From: a virus
Taxonomy: Duplodnaviria; Caudoviricetes
DNA: 64,000 bases
Strand: one strand, 5' to 3'
IMG/VR virus record: IMGVR_UViG_3300031902_000003
Location: 11,824 to 75,823 of that record
In this document: piece after piece, positions 62,009-64,000 of the stretch
Layout: every line of letters starts with the position of its first letter
How positions within the stretch are numbered: the first letter of the stretch is position 1
Program-made: the position numbers and the translations under genes
Notes under the pieces: model-generated
What the model was told of the DNA's origin: nothing
Databases searched by the model: none
The model's input: only the letters and a program-made list of their open reading frames with translations

Positions 62009-62020
62009 CGAAGAGAATAT

Positions 62021-62091
62021 TGGGGAATCGTCCAATGGTAGGACGACGGTCTTTGACACCGTCTATGTAGGTTCGAATCCTACTTTCCCAT
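62021..62091 (+). tRNA. tRNA-Gln(UUG)
   Basis: TGGGGAA/TTTCCCA, ACGGT-CTTTGAC-ACCGT, GTAGG-TTCGAAT-CCTAC. Confidence 0.93.
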
Positions 62092-62122
62092 TGAAGTAAA
62101 ATGCAGTTGAAAGGAAAATAAA

Positions 62123-62608
62123 ATGTTGCTGGATAAGAGCTGGAAGACGATCAACGGTAAGCCAATGCCAAATATCCTTGAAGATATCAAGGCTCTATTG
62201 GTAGAGGATGATACGGAGATCCACGTGGGTACAGACTCTCAGCAAGCTGGTAAGCATACGGAGTTTGTATCCGTAATTGTAGTGTTGAAGAAGGGTAAGG
62301 GTGGTAGGGCATTTTACGCTAGAGAGAGAACGGCAAGGGTTAAGTCACTTCGAGAAAGGCTTTTGAAGGAGGTGTGGATGAGCGTGAATACGGGATTGGA
62401 GTTGAACTCACACATTCCAGAAACTTCTGGTTTGACTGTTCATATCGATGCCAATCCTAATCTGAAGTTTAGATCTTCAGATCACGTTAAGGAACTTACG
62501 GCAATGGTTGTAAGCCAAGGTTTCAAGACCCTCCTCAAGCCTGACTCTTGGTGTGCAAGTCATACCGCAGACCACGTTGTAAAGAAGACTGTGTTGAAAG
62601 CATCATAG
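62123..62608 (+). CDS. RNase H-like YkuK/DUF458 family protein
   Basis: IHVGTDSQ, ERLLKEVWMS, VHIDAN and IKPDS-like LKPDSWCASHTADH. Confidence 0.8.
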   Translation: MLLDKSWKTINGKPMPNILEDIKALLVEDDTEIHVGTDSQQAGKHTEFVSVIVVLKKGKGGRAFYARERTARVKSLRERLLKEVWMSVNTGLELNSHIPETSGLTVHIDANPNLKFRSSDHVKELTAMVVSQGFKTLLKPDSWCASHTADHVVKKTVLKAS

Positions 62609-62658
62609 TTGAAAGCCTCTGCAGTAGAAATATTGCAGAGGTTATTTAAATAGAATAT

Positions 62659-62746
62659 GGAGTGTACGCTTGCAACGGCAACGCAAGGTCGGTCTTGAAA
62701 ACCGATAGTTCTGAATAAGGGCCGGGTTCGACTCCCCGTCACTCCG
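62659..62746 (+). tRNA. tRNA-Ser(UGA), atypical D arm
   Basis: TCGGT-CTTGAAA-ACCGA, long variable arm, 5-bp D stem CTTGC/GCAAG; mismatches in acceptor and T stems. Confidence 0.75.
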
Positions 62747-62819
62747 CAGGAAAGCTATATAGGGATAGCAAACAGGGGATCTGTTCGGCGGTTCAGGAAC
62801 CCCAACATTTTGAATAAAT

Positions 62820-62891
62820 GGGCTGCTAGTGATAATGGTAGCACGTCGCCTTTGCACGGCGAATGTAAGGGTTCGATTCCCTTGCGGTCCA
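62820..62891 (+). tRNA. tRNA-Ala(UGC)
   Basis: GGGCTGC/GCGGTCC with G3.U70; TCGCC-TTTGCAC-GGCGA. Confidence 0.93.
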
Positions 62892-62949
62892 CAGTAGATC
62901 TTTTATAAGTGAATAGTTGACGGGGAAGCACCAACTTCCCCTGTAGTAT

Positions 62950-63021
62950 GGTGGTCATGGTGTAATGGTAGCACGGGACACTGTGAATGTTCGAGCGACG
63001 GATCGATACCGTCTGACCACC
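62950..63021 (+). tRNA. tRNA-His(GUG)
   Basis: G-1:C73, GTGGTCA/TGACCAC, GGACA-CTGTGAA-TGTTC; T-loop variant ATCGATA. Confidence 0.9.
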
Positions 63022-63100
63022 CAAGCCGGTAATGTTAGCTCGCGCCTAACTCTCACCACCATTAATTTTATGGTGAGGTCGTCTAAAGCAGGACACCGGC
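63022..63100 (+). ncRNA. Circularly permuted tRNA-like unit P (3' half precedes 5' half)
   Basis: Acceptor 7/7, D 4/4, anticodon stem 5/5 and T 5/5 pair only in permuted order; encoded CCA at 63059-61. Confidence 0.75.
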
Positions 63101-63108
63101 ACCAGATG

Positions 63109-63216
63109 GAGAAAGACATAGGTTCGATTCCTATAATGATACGTGCTAGCCGAGATTCAGGTCGCACCTGATATGTTAGTGCCGCGACTCATTTAGTTTA
63201 ATGGTAGAACATTCTC
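63109..63216 (+). ncRNA. Circularly permuted tRNA-like unit Q (3' half precedes 5' half)
   Basis: Anticodon stem TTCTC/GAGAA 5/5, D arm GTTT-AATGGTA-GAAC, T arm ATAGG-TTCGATT-CCTAT, acceptor 5/7. Confidence 0.65.
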
Positions 63217-63248
63217 GTTTATTTTATGATATAATGGTTTCACAGTAT

Positions 63249-63324
63249 GGGGGTGCAGCTCATGTTGCGTCGGAGCAACCGCCTTTTAAGCGGAAGGTCG
63301 TGGGTTCGATTCCCTCCGCCCCCA
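63249..63324 (+). tRNA. tRNA-Lys(UUU)
   Basis: GGGGGTG/CGCCCCC, ACCGC-CTTTTAA-GCGGA; unusual 11-nt D-loop; preceded by TGA-TATAAT promoter. Confidence 0.9.
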
Positions 63325-63409
63325 CATTCTAGATGCGAGTCTTACCGTAAGGCACTCGAGTTGATTCAGATTTGAATTTTGATTGTCTGACATCTAGGAA
63401 TCTTTTCAT

Positions 63410-63481
63410 CGTGCGTAACGCTACTGGAGTGGCGATCTCCCTGTCACGGAGACGAGATGGGTTCGATTCCCATACGCATGA
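63410..63481 (+). tRNA. tRNA-Asp(GUC)
   Basis: CGTGCGT/ACGCATG, TCTCC-CTGTCAC-GGAGA, ATGGG-TTCGATT-CCCAT. Confidence 0.85.
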
Positions 63482-63486
63482 AGTTT

Positions 63487-63600
63487 GGGTTGTGTTGATG
63501 GAACTAGTTCTGGGTTCGAGTCCCAGTGTCTCCACTAATATGGGGATAGGAATTGGTCCCTGCCGCGGCAGTGTAACGGGTTCGACTCCCGTACAATCCA
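63487..63600 (+). ncRNA. Strand-swapped double tRNA mimic without anticodon loops; two G3.U70 acceptor helices
   Basis: GGGTTGT/ACAATCC-A and GGGGATA/TGTCTCC-A each pair 7/7 only in swapped register; two perfect T arms. Confidence 0.75.
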
Positions 63601-63608
63601 TAGATTTT

Positions 63609-63683
63609 GGATCCTTGGCATGTCTGGTTGATTGCGGTAAGCTGTTAACTTACTCTAGCTCGGTTCGATTCCGAGAGGGTCCT
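63609..63683 (+). tRNA. tRNA-Asn(GUU)
   Basis: GGATCCT/AGGGTCC, GTAAG-CTGTTAA-CTTAC. Confidence 0.9.
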
Positions 63684-63695
63684 CTTTAAAAATTT

Positions 63696-63781
63696 GGGTC
63701 ATTTGAATCAATGGAGATTCAGTGCGCTGTAAACGCACCCTGCCTGGAGCATACCGAGAGGTTCGATCCCTCTATGACCCA
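63696..63781 (+). tRNA. tRNA-Tyr(GUA)
   Basis: GGGTCAT/ATGACCC, GTGCG-CTGTAAA-CGCAC, long variable arm. Confidence 0.92.
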
Positions 63782-63784
63782 CAT

Positions 63785-63867
63785 CGACGAGTGATGTAAT
63801 GGTAGCCATAGTTGACTTAAAATCAACTGACTTAATTGTCGTGAGGGTTCGAGTCCCTCCTTGTCGA
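63785..63867 (+). tRNA. tRNA-Leu(UAA)
   Basis: CGACGAG/CTTGTCG, GTTGA-CTTAAAA-TCAAC, long variable arm. Confidence 0.9.
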
Positions 63868-63953
63868 CTGTTCCGGTGGTGAACCGGAAGCCTGAGACGT
63901 CGGGTAGTGACACATACTTCAAGTTGTGTGACAGCGAGGAGAGACTGCACCAT

Positions 63954-64000
63954 ACCTCTATGGTGGAATTGGTAGACACAGCATCCTCAAAAGGTGCCGG
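63954..64000 (+). tRNA. tRNA-Leu(CAA), truncated by the window end
   Basis: GTGGAATTGGTAGACAC D arm and GCATC-CTCAAAA-GGTGC. Confidence 0.85.

Noticed and set aside
62659-62746. tRNA-Sec (extended D stem, long variable arm)
   Set aside because: The anticodon is TGA (Ser), not TCA, and the acceptor is not extended.
62775-62803. Another tRNA minihelix (GGGG...TTCGGCG...CCCCA)
   Set aside because: No proper T stem-loop geometry; it reads as an ordinary spacer hairpin.
1-64000. Stop-codon reassignment or suppressor tRNA
   Set aside because: Long conserved genes are intact under the standard code, all three stops are used as terminators, and no complete tRNA has a CUA, UUA or UCA anticodon.

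Overview
A 64-kb segment of a large (jumbo-type) dsDNA bacteriophage genome, roughly 40% GC by eye with local GC-rich patches. Left part (0.1-14 kb): DNA replication and nucleotide metabolism (IMPDH-like, DnaE, dCMP deaminase, ThyX, deoxyribonucleotidase), including a candidate DNA-glycosylation module (GT75 sugar-nucleotide mutase, dNMP kinase, GT-B glycosyltransferase). Middle (14-61 kb): dense small early/accessory genes behind a family of sigma70-type promoters (TGTACT-17 bp-TATAAT), many apparently leaderless, plus DNA ligase, RadA/Sms-like ATPase, rIIA/rIIB, UvrD-like helicase, MazG, peptide deformylase, a bL12-like protein, six predicted lipoproteins and an inverted tail-fibre-like module. 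Right end (62-64 kb): a tRNA cluster. Cys-rich MopE-type repeats in a vWA lipoprotein and GC-rich early genes point to a GC-rich host, possibly Myxococcota (inference). The most unusual signal is a set of tRNA-derived RNAs with no closed anticodon loop: two tandem circularly permuted tRNA bodies (63022-63216), a strand-swapped double tRNA mimic with two G3.U70 alanine-type acceptor helices (63487-63600), and two 41-43 nt acceptor/T-arm minihelices (49.1 and 50.0 kb). Related oddities are a tRNA-Lys with a large D-loop insertion, a kissing-loop ncRNA candidate and an H-type pseudoknot. All functional calls come from motif recognition by eye and all RNA structures from manual base pairing; no database searches or folding programs were run.
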